Numbered from the whole stretch's first letter, positions 34,055-46,930 are shown. The stretch: 63,037 bases of DNA, filler included, from Neoconidiobolus thromboides FSU 785 (GCA_025603075.1; 13 parts of 13 records of this genome joined end to end with filler, not necessarily neighbours in it), one strand, 5' to 3'. Numbers and translations are program-made. The notes: generated from the sequence alone by a model not told the origin.

Positions 34055-34358
34055 TTAGGCATTCAATTTTTGAGCATTTAATGACTTTGCTTTTATGGGA
34101 GTATCAGCACGTCTAGCTTTTGGCTTTTCACCAGTTGCTGGCATATCAGCTTTTGGTTTTTCTGGCATATCAGCACGTCTNNNNNNNNNNNNNNNNNNNN
34201 NNNNNNNNNNNNNNNNNNNNNNNNTTAATTAATTAANNNNNNNNNNNNNNNNNNNNNNNNNNNNNNNNNNNNNNNNNNNNTTGGTAAGGACTAGAACAAT
34301 CCTGAGAAAAATAACCTGAAATAAGTAATAAAGATGGAAGTAATGATGTGAATTTCAT
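34055..34358 (-). CDS. Secreted repeat protein with RR dibasic sites, spanning gap 4
   Basis: Right of gap: TATA box, then MKFTSLLPSLLLISGYFSQDCSSPYQ. Left of gap, same strand: RRADMPEKPKADMPATGEKPKARRADTPIKAKSLNAQKLNA*. Confidence 0.65.
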
Positions 34359-35694
34359 TTCTATTTGTATTTGTTAATACTATAACTTTAAGTCCACTCT
34401 CTGATACTTATATATACTTTAAACCAATACGTAGATTTCTCCATGCACTTGATTCTATCCTATTTTTACTCTACTTTAAATACCTCATCACTAATTTTAA
34501 CTTTGCATGATATGAAATTTAGACTTCTAAAGCCTTCCTTTAATTTATTTTGATCACATTAAGAAATAATCGAAATCTGCAATCACTTCAACCTTAGTAA
34601 TTTTAGCAAGCAAATTTGCTAAAAATAGCAGTTTATTTACCTTACATAATGCTATTTAATCAACTTAGATTCAGAATTAACTTAATTTTAATAAACATCA
34701 GAATTTTAATATAAGTAAAGCTAATTAAAGCATGATAATCTAGAAGTTCATAATTAGTTAATTACTAAAAGCAAACATGATGATGGCTTTAATTTGAAGC
34801 CTTTTTACTCTCATGTATCATCTAATATTTTATTTTTATAATAAAAATAGCTCATTTTAAGTGCTTATAGTTTATAAACTAATTTAAGATCTTTTTTTAT
34901 TATATAGTTTTTTCACTTGTGCTTCATTAAAATGACTCTTTCCTTTTGTAATACGTAAGGCTTTACTATTCCGCTTTTAAATTTAGACTACTGTTTATTA
35001 ACACTAAGATGTTTTTCAACTTAAAATCAGTTCAAAGTTCAATCAAGATCTCAAGCTAAGCTTTTCTATTATGTTAACAGATAGTTTCATATTAAAATTT
35101 TAGCTTTAATATGACTTTTTAGTTTTTGGAATTATTAGTAACATTATGGTTGATAAAATATTAGTACCTCATTTGAATAAACTACCAATTCATTATCTTT
35201 ATAGCTTATTTACAAATATTTGGTTTTAGATTTAATTTTTTAACTATTATTTAAAATTCTGAGTTTCAAATGAAATTTCTAAATAATCCTAATTAATGAT
35301 GAATTAAGCTCAAGTTCACAATTCAATTGTTAAATACTTGCCAACTAGCTTGGACATTACGAAAAAAATGGTAAATTTGATTTTTTTAATACTAGTAATT
35401 TTTTTGATTACACACCCATATTAGACAGTTTGCCTTATTTAAGATAGTTTTGAGAATTTGAAGAATGTCAGTTATATAAAGTATCTAAAGAAAGCTTAAA
35501 GAGTTGGAAGATATGGTAATACTTTGATGGATAAGACAGATCTTTGACTATTTTAACAGGTAACGTAGATGGAGGTCCTTTGATGGGCAACTCATTCTCC
35601 TTGACTAAGAAGAGGGAGCGCACTATTACTGAATCACCTCTCCCCAGGCATTAATTCTTTAATTTGAGTTATTTTTTTCACTATTTAGCATATA

Positions 35695-35791
35695 GGGGGA
35701 TTTTGGCTTCCTCACTTATTCCATTTTTAAAGTGCTGTTTAAATGGAAAAGCAAGTTGCTAGTAAAATTTTCAAATAAAAAAACACATTTC
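35695..35791 (+). mobile_element. MITE copy (diverged)
   Basis: GGGGGATTTTGGCTTC..AAAGTGCTGTTTAAATGGAAAA..ACACATTTC. Confidence 0.75.
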
Positions 35792-36191
35792 TATATAATA
35801 CTTATTAGGGAACAGAGATAGTAAATACAGAAAGCAATACCAATGCGTCATGGATTTCACAAATATAGTGACTATTTAGTAATAGTATTTTATTATAAAA
35901 AAAAATAGGCCAAATTGTAATAAAAAAACTAAAGTCAATGATACTAAAGCCCAATAATAAAAATTGCAGTAAAGTATTTAAAAATAACTTATATTTTATA
36001 AAAATAAATATTTATTAAAATTAGGGTGTTCACAATGAGGTATCAGAAATGGCATTTAAAAGGTCGATAAACTTATTATCTCTAGCTTCATNNNNNNNNN
36101 NNNNNNNNNNNNNNNNNNNNNNNNNNNNNNNNNNNTTAATTAATTAANNNNNNNNNNNNNNNNNNNNNNNNNNNNNNNNNNNNNNNNNNNN

Positions 36192-36286
36192 TTTCTATTG
36201 GCCAAGTATTGAATTTCATTATATCAACCCATCAGTTAATATATCACTAAGTTTAAAGACCTCAAAGTCCTAGTATTTACATATAC
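36192..36286 (+). repeat. 95-bp exact inverted repeat, left arm (partner 43771-43865)
   Basis: TTTCTATTGGCCAAGTATTG...TTTACATATAC is the exact reverse complement of the last 95 nt of the same contig. Confidence 0.95.
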
Positions 36287-36453
36287 AATTCTGTCACTAT
36301 CTCATACCTTTTTTCCAAGTTGATGATGCTAGAGAATATTCCAAATATAGAAAACTCAAATTATGGAGAGTTGAGCTAAGCAAATACTCTTAATTATCTA
36401 AACATTCTTTTAAAATATTGAAAGGAATTGGATAGAATACCTTTTAATAAAAA

Positions 36454-37144
36454 ATGACAATTCGAAGTGTTTATTTTATCATTTTGCCGTTAAGTTTATT
36501 ATCTTATGTATTAATAGTCATCAATAGTTTTTATGGGAATTTTATTAAAGTTATAAAGATGAATTCAAAAGGGGATTTCACTAGAATTGAATATGGAATG
36601 TATTTTAAATGTAGTTATAAATATCAATTAAATAAAGCTGAAAAATTTTCATATCAATGCCAACTAATACCCGACTTTTCAGATGCCATCTGTAAAAAGG
36701 ATTTTGATGTTTGTTTATTATGGCAAGTTATTGGATCTTTAAATATGTTAGCTTTATTTATTGGGTTATTTCTATTTTCATTAAATATAAATATACTATT
36801 GGGGAAATCAAGGTTTCGATCAATAGGCTGGGTATTGCTATTAATTAATTTAGCTGTATATGGTAAACTATACTAACATATCAAATTAATTTAAGTTTTA
36901 TTTTAATTAAATTTTATTAGGCATTTCAAAGTTAATTATATTACTCGTAGTTAATAATATAAATAGTAGATTTAATAATAGTGACTGGATCAAAATTGAT
37001 TTTGGCTATAGTTTTTATACTATAATAATTAGTTTATCCATTGATTTTTTCATATTGTTGCTCTTAATTTTATCCCATTGTTTAATTAAATTTTATTTTC
37101 AAAAACGTCAAAGTATAAATTATCAAAGTATAAATATCAATTAG
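36454..37144 (+). CDS. Four-TM claudin/SUR7/PMP22-like membrane protein; exons 36454-36862 and 36921-37144
   Basis: N-terminal TM, YGMYFKC..C..C..C extracellular loop, three further hydrophobic segments after splicing. Confidence 0.6.
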
Positions 37145-37235
37145 ACCATTATAAAAATATAGCGGTTAGTTTAGATAAGTTAAAATTGTGTAAAATAAAG
37201 ATAAGTCATTTGTTTTTATTTTCTTGTTGAATATT

Positions 37236-38184
37236 CTATGCTTTTTGGTTCTTATTTGCTTTTTTTGCTTTCTTTCCTTTATTTTATAATATTAATATAA
37301 ATTAAACTTGAATTTCATATCTGAAATTACCTAATTTTTCAGTTTCTATATTGCTTGTTTTTACTTCCCTTTTTTTATTTTCATTAACTTGATCTTCAAA
37401 CAAATTTAATACTAATACGACTAAAAAATAAAATAAAATTACCCTTTTTATTTTCATTAATTTCCTTTTTATCTTCGATCTTAATAGCATCGGTCGCTTT
37501 GGATTCATTCTTGTTTTGATTTTGTTGATTCTTTTTTCCTTTTTGATTTTGATTCTTATTTTGTTTGACTTGTATTTTCTTATCTACTGCTTTAGTGCTA
37601 CCTTCAGTTTTAAATATTTTTTTAGCATCAACTTCATGTTTATCCTTATTATCAGTGTCATTAATCACATTTAAATTTTCAACTTGTTCTTCATCTAAAA
37701 TCAATTTATTACCTATTTAAATTAACTGTTTACTTAATTTACCATTCCCGTCCTTCAATTTGTTCGTGAGCATTGCTCTCCTTTCTCTTCTTGCTACTCT
37801 CGCTCTTTTTTTCTTTGGTTTATTTTCCTTTTTCTCCATAGCTCTTTTTCTTAACATATGTTTTTTAGAATTCAAATGAAGCTCCAAATCTTGTTTTTTA
37901 TGAAATAATTTATTGGGACATAATTCACACTTCAATTCTTTATTTTCGGATAGTTCTCCAGCTATACTTTTGGCTATTAATTGTAGCTCTTCTTCTGTAA
38001 TGCTAAGATTAGTTAAATCTTCTTGAGTGATGGATTCATTCGAGTTGGAAGAATCCTCATTATCAGATACTTCGGATCCCGATAGACTTTTGTTTGAGCT
38101 ATCATCCGATTCATTTTCACTACCACTATCCGAATCCCATCCCTCTTCTTTAACTTTAATTGCTTTTTCAATCCTTTTAAACAT
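37236..38184 (-). CDS. Acidic/Lys-rich low-complexity protein with one U1/matrin-type C2H2 finger, multi-exon
   Basis: CELCPNKLFHKKQDLELHLNSKKH; introns 37742-37695 and 37442-37394 keep the frame; 3' end tentative. Confidence 0.65.
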
Positions 38185-38308
38185 TCTTATTTATTTTAGA
38201 AAAAGAAAAATAGAAAAGGAAAAGTAATTTTCAATTGTTGAAATATTACACTTGAAAAAAACTTTTATTGAAAAATTTATCTCCAACGAAAATAACAAAA
38301 ACGATAGT

Positions 38309-39339
38309 TTAATTCATACTTTTTAATAGATAATCAAAAATACATACAATAGTAGATAAAGCAACAATGGCCATTGTCCTAAATAAAAAACAAGTTCATT
38401 TAAAGAGAAACAGAAGGATAATAATAAATTCAAACTTACCAGAGATAACCAAAAGTATCAGACCAACAACCAATTACTGGAACATCTGGCATCACATTTC
38501 TTAAGTTAGGAAAAGCGAACAAGATCATTGCACCTAAAGGCAATAAAAATGGATTTGGTTTCAACTTCAATAGTACCATTTTACAAATAATAAATAAATA
38601 GGCAAATGATAAGCACCACATAGCAAGCAATATTAAGATAGTAAAACACAGTACTGTGGTGGAACGTCGAATATTTATGTAAAGTAATTGGGTTTCTTCT
38701 GAATCAATATCTGAGTCATATGTTAATTCAAAACCTTGGGTTTGAGTCTCAAAGACTAAATTTGGTGAATACATATTCTCTTCTTCATCCCATATACCAT
38801 ATTCTAATAATGATTGATATTTATCAAATGGATATAAAGATAAATCACCAGAATCAAAGTTGATCGTGTCATTAAAGTCCCTAATTATAGTAAGTTAGAA
38901 AGCTGTAAGTTTTTTTTGGATAGGTTAGTATTGGTTTTTACCATCGCCAGTTATTTTTTAGTAGTTTAACTTGTTTTTTGGTATTAAAAAAATAAGTAAT
39001 CTTTCGGGAAGGAAATTGAGACTCTGTATTTCGCTTCAATGTATCTCCCATGAAAAATGAAATGCTTAAATCAAGTTGGTGTTTTTTACTATTCACTTTT
39101 AATACTTTTAAATATAAATTAAAGGAATCCGTATTTTTATAGGCCGATTTTCGTATCTCATTAATTGTACTTTGCACTTCTGTTTCTTTAAATTGAATTA
39201 AACTTATTGCTACAAATATACTATAAAATATTATTAAACTTAAGATTATTATTGTATATTGAAATTGAACTCTTTTTAAACTTTTAGGTATTTGTATTCT
39301 GTTAGTTAATTGATAATAAATATCTCTAATGTTTTTCAT
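38309..39339 (-). CDS. DUF4436-type membrane protein; exons 39339-38942, 38880-38440, 38378-38309
   Basis: GDLSLYPFDKY, INIRRS, LFAFPNLRNVMPDVPVIGCWSDTFGYLW fit the DUF4436 pattern as I recall it; N-terminal TM plus three C-terminal TMs. Confidence 0.75.
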
Positions 39340-39551
39340 TATTAACAAATTTTAAATAAACTATTAATTTATATCAATTAGAATCAAAATTATAGAACAA
39401 AAACAATTAAAATCAATTTATTAAATTTTAACATTTAAAAATAGTTAATTACTAAAAATAGTAAGTTACTACTCACATTCAAAAAAATATCTCATTCAAC
39501 AATTCATTAAAATCCAAATATCCTTAATTCATTAAAATATTAACTTAATTA

Positions 39552-42500
39552 CTATTTAGATCTTCTTGATGATCTACCAAAAAAAACATTAAAAACCATT
39601 TCTTTTTTTCTAAAGTAGCATCAAATCTTTCTGTAATATCTTTATCTGCTCTTAATATAACTGAAGAAAATACTACCGCTAATTAAAATATTAAACAATT
39701 GATTTACTAATTTGTTGTTAATTTACCTAATCTTTCTAGCAAAAAATAATCTTCATGATTAGAATGAGCTACTACTTCTTTGATTAAAGATATTATATAA
39801 ATAAATGTATTTAAATGAACTCTTGGCATTGTTTCTAAAGCCTAATAATGGTAATAATAGTATTAAAAATAATGTAATTAAAAATACAAATTGTTACTTG
39901 AGTAGCTGCTTCTTTACCAATAAGAGAAGCTTCTAAACATAAATCATATAAATGAAAAGGAATAACAGGAATTGGTAAAGCTTCTAAAAATCGAATTAAA
40001 GTTTCTGCCATTGAATGAATACCTTGCTTTGAAGGTGGAGATATTGGATCAATTGGTGGCGGTTCAAAATATAATTGTAAATTATCTTTTTGTAATGAAA
40101 TATCGGATACTGAAGGTAATAACTGTTCAGAATCAATCAGTAATCTAGCTAGATCAAACTCGTTTCCTGTATCTAAACATTCTCTTATATAAACCATTGT
40201 TTCTTGTTCTCCTGGATTTAAAAATAAATTTTCCTAAATAAAGTAATATAATTAAAATAATTAAATAGATGCTATTTATATATGATAATGTAATTAGTTT
40301 TACTTACTACATCCATTCCATATTGATAAATAAAATCAGCCATTCTCCATAAAACATGAGGTACAGATACCATATTGTCAATTGAAAATAATTCACTAGT
40401 ATTTGACATTTGTCTAATTGGTCTAGGTAATCTGGCTAAATATTCTAAAGGCACAGCAAAACAAGTTGGTAGATAATTTCCACTGATTGATATAAAATAG
40501 TCTTTACCCCTTACTAAATGTAATATTAGTATATCTTCCAAATTTTCTTTACCCATATTTAATGTTGGCGCTGATCTTCTATCAACTAGCATAATAAAGT
40601 TTACTCTTAATTTTTCACCTGGCATAATCATACCGTTGGATGGATTAACCCAAAGCCATGGTTTACATATATTTGATTCATCCATTTTAGGTATAAATTG
40701 AAATTGTAAATAAACTTGTCCTGTGTTTTCTATTGTCATACTTAATTCTTTAGAACATAAATATTTGACTTCTCCAAAGTTTAATTGAGAACAAGAAATA
40801 GAAGCATCTGGCATGATTTGATTCTCAAATTTATCTAATTCTCTTATCAAATTACCATGAACTTCTTGAAATTTATCTAATAAGAAAGTCTTAACCCGTG
40901 CTCTAAAGTGAGCTGATACAGGTTTGTGATCACTTGAAGTTAATTCCATATGGGCTTTATAACTTAATTGTTCCATTACTCCTTCTTCATTGTCATTTTC
41001 ACTTTTCCATAAAATTCTATCACAATAAGATGGTATTCTTTTTTTTTCACTAATGTAATAATACTAATTAATCAATTATTATAATAATGTTAATGACATT
41101 AAATTACCTTGAATCAAATTGATTTGTTCCAATATCATATTTATAAGTTGGTTGAAAATCAATATCACCTTCTTTAAATCCAACAAATACTTTACCTGCG
41201 GATTGTTGTAGTTTCAATTGATCATATTTTAATAAATACTTATAATCTTTATTCTTTAACCTTGAAATCACTTGATCTGAAGATAAAGACAAACGATAAT
41301 TAAGATCTCCTAACCAAATAAGATGACTATAAAAATAATTGTTATATTGATAAATGTATTATTATCATTATTAAATTAATTATATAAATTGACTTACTCT
41401 GAATCATAAATAGAATTTAATTTTGGGTTTCTTGGTAATGTCATTACATTGGTTTTAAAAAAAGGGGAAGGATTAAAACCATAACCTAAAGGTAATATAG
41501 TACCATTTGGACCAATTAAAGGTGGTGGTTCAGGAAATCCAATTCGTCGACAAATATCCATAAAATCTTGATTTCTTCTTTCAACTTGTGATGAGTCTGC
41601 TGCTAAATGTGAATTTATAAAACAAAAATAACTATCTTTTAATTTAATTCGAATTGCTACTGCTCCTTTATTTCCCTATTATGTATGTGTGTATTAATTA
41701 GGCTTATTTATTATATATTTCTATAAAATTAGATTAATAAAAAGCAAACCTACCATCATACCCATAATACCTACTCCAGCAGAATCTAAAGATATATCCG
41801 ATACAGAAGAGAATAACTCATTTTTGATAAAAATAACTAAAAATATTCCGACTAATTGTTTTGATATTAATTTTGTATATCGGTCTTTAATCTCTCCCAA
41901 TCCTTCTGTCACTGCTGTACACCATTCTTCTTCCCTTAAACTATCATGCATTAAAAATGCTTCTGCACTTAAATCTAACTCTTGAAATCTAATAAAAATA
42001 TTTAATATTTAATTATTATTAATAATTAATATTACCCTAAAACATATAAATCAGGCTCAATTTCGCTATCATTAAATAACCAAGCACTTAATGGTTGATT
42101 AGAATATTTTCCATTAACATTCCATGTTCCAACGAATATACTTTATAATAACAATATCATTAAATTATACTATATCATGATATATTGTATCTTACTTAAT
42201 ATGCTCATAGTTAGTAAATTGAGCTTCCCTTTCTCTCATTTCTTTAGCTACCCATTCCTCTTTAATTTTTTTTAATCGTTTGTTATTTTCTTGTTCTAAA
42301 CTTAAATTATCATCAATCATATTAGGACTAGCCATTACTAATGGATTCATTAAATCATTAATCGTACGTGTTTCTATTTATATTATAATAAATTGAATTA
42401 AATTAAACTATAGTTTTACCCGAAGCTTTGATATAAGGTGATAACGGGGACATTGGATTTGAAAATGTATTTGCTCTTGTATGAGCTGGTGAGCTTGGCT

Positions 42501-43444
42501 GTTCAATTACAGAATAATATTTAATCCAACTATGGGTTATACCATCAGGACGAAAATTATGATTGACTTTTTATTTTTGGTTAAATATTTAATATTTAAT
42601 ATTTAATGTTACCTGCACTATTAATTAACCTTTTGATTTCAGCTACTAAAAATTGCAAACTATCTTTGGATTGTAATTCTAAATTTAATTCTTTTTTCAT
42701 ACAACTTATCTTTATAAGCAGCTCTAAACAAGTGTTATTTAATGTATATAATATATTTGTATTCTAAAATTACCATTCTTTGATTCATTAATTGATGATT
42801 CATCATCTAAATTCACTGGTTTACTTTGAACTTTCAAATAAATAATCTATTCAAAAAACATATAAAAAAAAACCTTACAAATGGATATTTTAAAGTCAGA
42901 ATAAATCGGTAATGTAAATCTAATCGTAGTTGAACGAGGTCCATTTCTTTTTAATAAAAAAATACTAAAAATAAAAAAGCATTAATTTGTTCCTGTATTT
43001 GAATTTAAACTAAACCCACCAGCTCTCCTCTCCAGAAGCTTCTTTATTAATTATAACAGCTAAGAGCCTTTCTTCTTTCAACCCAGAAGATCTAGTATAT
43101 TTCACTTCACAACACATTAAGCATTCTTCTGTTGGTCTTAACAAACTATTAACTAATTCTTTTAATGGTAATCCAGTGATAGAGCTTGGTCTTTGGCCAG
43201 TCGTAAACGTAGCTGAAGAATAATTATTTGATTTGGATTTAATAGAAGTTTTATCTTTTATATCTAAGTATTCTTCTTTAGCTTCTTCGATCTCTTTTTC
43301 TTGCTTTTCCTTTGCTGTATCTTCCTTTTCTTCTGGTCCTTCATCAGAGTTCTTTTCATGCTCTTCCATTCCTTCGCTCAGTTCTTTCTCATCTCTTTTC
43401 ACTTCTAAATCTAGTTCTTCAACCTTTTGTTCAATATTCTCCAT
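39552..43444 (-). CDS. OCRL/INPP5B-type inositol polyphosphate 5-phosphatase (PH-like, 5-phosphatase, ASH and RhoGAP-like domains), ~13 exons
   Basis: IFVGTWNVNG, GFQELDLS, GNKGAVAIR, NSHLAA, WLGDLNYR, PTYKYD, PSYCDRILW, SDHKPV, GKDYFISISGNYLPTCF, FLEALPIPVIP. Confidence 0.92.
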
Positions 43445-43770
43445 TTAAAAAAGATGACTTCTTTTTTGTGGCGAGAATTCAGTTTAGAAAATAACTGAAA
43501 GCACGTGATTTGATACCAAGTTTTTTAAAGTTTAGTTTAATTGTGCAATCGTTTTGAAATTGCTAATAAATTGAAGTTAATTTATTAACTTTGACTTTCT
43601 GTTGAACTCAAAGTGGAAACAAATGATCAATTTGTTTAATATAGAACAAAATCTTTTTTTTAATTTGAGAACATTTACCAGATTAAAACTTCACCCTACC
43701 CTAATTATGGTTTTTTGTTTTAGTTATGTTTTTTATCTCACTTTTCTGTTTCTTTTTGTGTGGCAGTACC

Positions 43771-43865
43771 GTATATGTAAATACTAGGACTTTGAGGTCT
43801 TTAAACTTAGTGATATATTAACTGATGGGTTGATATAATGAAATTCAATACTTGGCCAATAGAAA
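43771..43865 (-). repeat. 95-bp exact inverted repeat, right arm
   Basis: Reverse complement of 36192-36286. Confidence 0.95.
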
Positions 43866-44113
43866 NNNNNNNNNNNNNNNNNNNNNNNNNNNNNNNNNNN
43901 NNNNNNNNNTTAATTAATTAANNNNNNNNNNNNNNNNNNNNNNNNNNNNNNNNNNNNNNNNNNNNCATTTCGAAGTTTAGTTATGAAAGTTTGCATTTTA
44001 TTTCTATTCCAACAAAAAATAAAGTCAAATAACTGTATTTATATAATTATATAATCATATAGTTATATATTATATATCTGCTAAATATCTAACAGAAATA
44101 ACATAAAACATAT

Positions 44114-44210
44114 GGGGGTGTTTTTTTAACTTTATTACTTTTTCTATCTTTTGAGCGCTGTTTGAGTGGAAAATTTGCTAATAAAATTCTTAAACCTAAA
44201 ACACATCCCC
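44114..44210 (+). mobile_element. MITE copy
   Basis: Full length, ATAT/ATAT flanks. Confidence 0.9.
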
Positions 44211-44754
44211 ATATAGTTAGGAAAATTAGTTATTTAACAAAGGGAAACAATTAAAATAAGTTTTTTAAGTTAAATAAAAGGATGCTTAGTTTTTAAGCTT
44301 TTTATATTTAATTGGCACATTAAAGACACAAATTTAAAAATTTAAATTTTGGATTAATTTATAAGTAAATTCTGAAACTAATCCAGACAACCCCATATAA
44401 TTTTAAAAAAATAGTGATTGCAAGTTTAAAGTAAAATAAAAATAAACAAGCACCAAAGAGTTAAATTATTTATATAATTAGTATTAAATGTAAACAATTA
44501 CCTTTTTTATAAATTAAATAATAATGAACAAGCTTATTTAGTGTGAATTATATAAAATGATAGTATTGGATTGCATTTTTGCATCATTATTTTTATTTTG
44601 TTATATTATCAAGAAAATATCATAAACATTTTTTAATAAAAGTAAGCTTTTTGTATTTTGAACTAAAAAAAATTTATTAAAAAAACTTACTAGCTAATAT
44701 GAAAAACTGAGCTAATTTAAAATAAACTAGATTTCCACAGCTATAATAATATAT

Positions 44755-44846
44755 GGATTTTTTTCGGTTTTATCACTTTCTCTATCTTCTAAGCATTATT
44801 TAAGTGAAAAAACCATTAGTAAAATTAAACAAAAAAATATATCCTC
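44755..44846 (+). mobile_element. MITE copy (diverged)
   Basis: Family core; ATAT/ATAT flanks. Confidence 0.75.
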
Positions 44847-45230
44847 ATATAATTATAATTTGAAAATTAACAAATAAAAAAGCACACAGTGATCCATTTT
44901 TTTTATTTTGATTTACATATTTAGCATTTTTCCTGGATATATAACTTAAATAATATAAAAAAGTATCCCCAGTAGTGACTACACAAAAATAAAGTTTAGC
45001 TGTAAATATCAATTATTTTTATAATTATTTCTGTTTTTTGAAAAAAATCATACTTTTAAGTATGTTAAACCTAAGTAATATTATTAGTTAGTATATATAT
45101 AAGGGTGTATTTTTGTATTTAAGAATTATATTGGAGATTTTTCTTATTTAAATATAAAAATAAAAATAAAAATAAAAGGCTTTAAAAAATTGTATTAATA
45201 AAAAATAGATGAAAAAATCAGCTATTATAT

Positions 45231-45321
45231 GGGAGTGTTTTTTTTGACTTCATTACTTTTTCCATTTTTTAAGCGCTATTTGAGTGGAAAAGCTATTAAT
45301 GAAATTCTTAAACACAAAAAT
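45231..45321 (+). mobile_element. MITE copy truncated by gap 7
   Basis: Near-consensus; a reverse fragment also lies at 45103-45142. Confidence 0.9.
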
Positions 45322-45878
45322 NNNNNNNNNNNNNNNNNNNNNNNNNNNNNNNNNNNNNNNNNNNNTTAATTAATTAANNNNNNNNNNNNNNNNNNNNNNN
45401 NNNNNNNNNNNNNNNNNNNNNCTATTTGTTGACTTGGCAATATATTAACAATGTAATTATAACATTAAAATAGTTTATTTATTTGATAATAAATCTACAA
45501 TGTTGGTTATAAAGCAGTTGATAATAAATATTTCTCAATTAAGTTTTATAAGAATATATATTTAAGATCTAGTAGAAATTCAACTAAACTTATAGTATGA
45601 GCTATAATAGAATGATTTAGAACTGTGTCTGGGTACTTTTGTTTTAATAAAAGATGTGATTTTATAGAATTTTAAGCAAAGTTTTTAAAATACAAAATTC
45701 AAAAATTGGATAAAATAATGAAACTAATTCAGGCAACCCCATATAATTTTATAATCATGTTGCAAATCTATTAATAGTTTTTTTAATAAGCTTATAAAAA
45801 AAGTCAAAAAATTTGCAGAATTAAATAATTTTATTCATAAAATATATATTTCTCTCTTAAATTAAATATATAAATATA

Positions 45879-45974
45879 GGAGTGTGTTTTTATATTTAAT
45901 AATTTTACTAATAATTTTTCCATTCAAATAGCGCTTAAAAGATGGGAAAAGTAATGAAGTCAAAAAAACATCCC
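45879..45974 (-). mobile_element. MITE copy, reverse
   Basis: TTTTTCCATTCAAATAGCGCTTAAAAG..AAACATCCC. Confidence 0.85.
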
Positions 45975-46469
45975 TATATTATTAAGTTAATAACTGGATA
46001 AAAAGGAGTAGTTAGCTTTAAAACTATAATTGGTCATTTTTGTACAACATAATTAATACAAATAATATTTTTGCTTATTATATAAAATATTGGTCTATTA
46101 GTTCTAAAATTAATTATAATATAATAATTCATTTGTTTATAAAACTAGTTGCAGTCTTATAGCTAATTTGAATATAATTTATATGGTACAATCAATTCAG
46201 GGTTCTCTATTTTTGACTTGTTGTGAGAATTCCTAATTGCAAAAAGCATCATCTCTTCATTTTAATATCTATACTTGGTAACTATAACAAATAATTATAA
46301 CTGTTATCATATTTTTTGTATACAGCTCTACCCAGCTTAAATATAAATATTAAAAAAATCTAATATAATGATTTGAAGCTTTTTAATTGAACTATTTGCT
46401 GGTATTATGTCTTTAATAAAGCTATTAAATTTTATGATATTTTATGATAATATCTTCTATTTTGATTAT

Positions 46470-46553
46470 ATAAACTAAATTTTTTTGGCTTACGACTAAT
46501 TGATTAAGTAAAAGCTGCTTTTGACTCTAATTATTAAACACTAGTCTTATAAT
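46470..46553 (-). mobile_element. Degenerate fragment of the LTR 5' end
   Basis: AGCTGCTTTTGACTC matches the reverse complement of GAGTCAAAAGCAGCT in the 1778-2217 LTR. Confidence 0.5.
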
Positions 46554-46851
46554 TATTATAACTATTCGCTTTTTGACTATTTATTAACTATTAATACTTT
46601 AAATAATATCAATATTTAATAAACTTCTATGATCTACTGAATTACTTAGTAAATTTTTTATTTTTTATTTTTTTATTTTCTAGACTATGACTTTAATTGA
46701 AATTACATCACTTTTTTTTAATCTGTCAGATACTGGATAATAATGTTGTTTATTATCAAGTTTAACAAAATATAAATACTCTTTAATACTCTGTATTTTT
46801 ATTATTTTCTTTATATTTGTTTTTTTCATACTTTTTAAAAACTACATCTAA

Positions 46852-46930
46852 GGGTGTTTTTTTGGTTTCACACTTTTTACATTTCTTAAGTACTATTTAA
46901 ATGAAAAAATTATTAATAAAAATCTCAAAT
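46852..46930 (+). mobile_element. MITE copy (partial); further 3' fragments at 47103-47137 and 47431-47451
   Basis: GGGTGTTTTTTTGGTTTCAC..TTAAGTACTATTTAAATGAAAAA. Confidence 0.7.
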
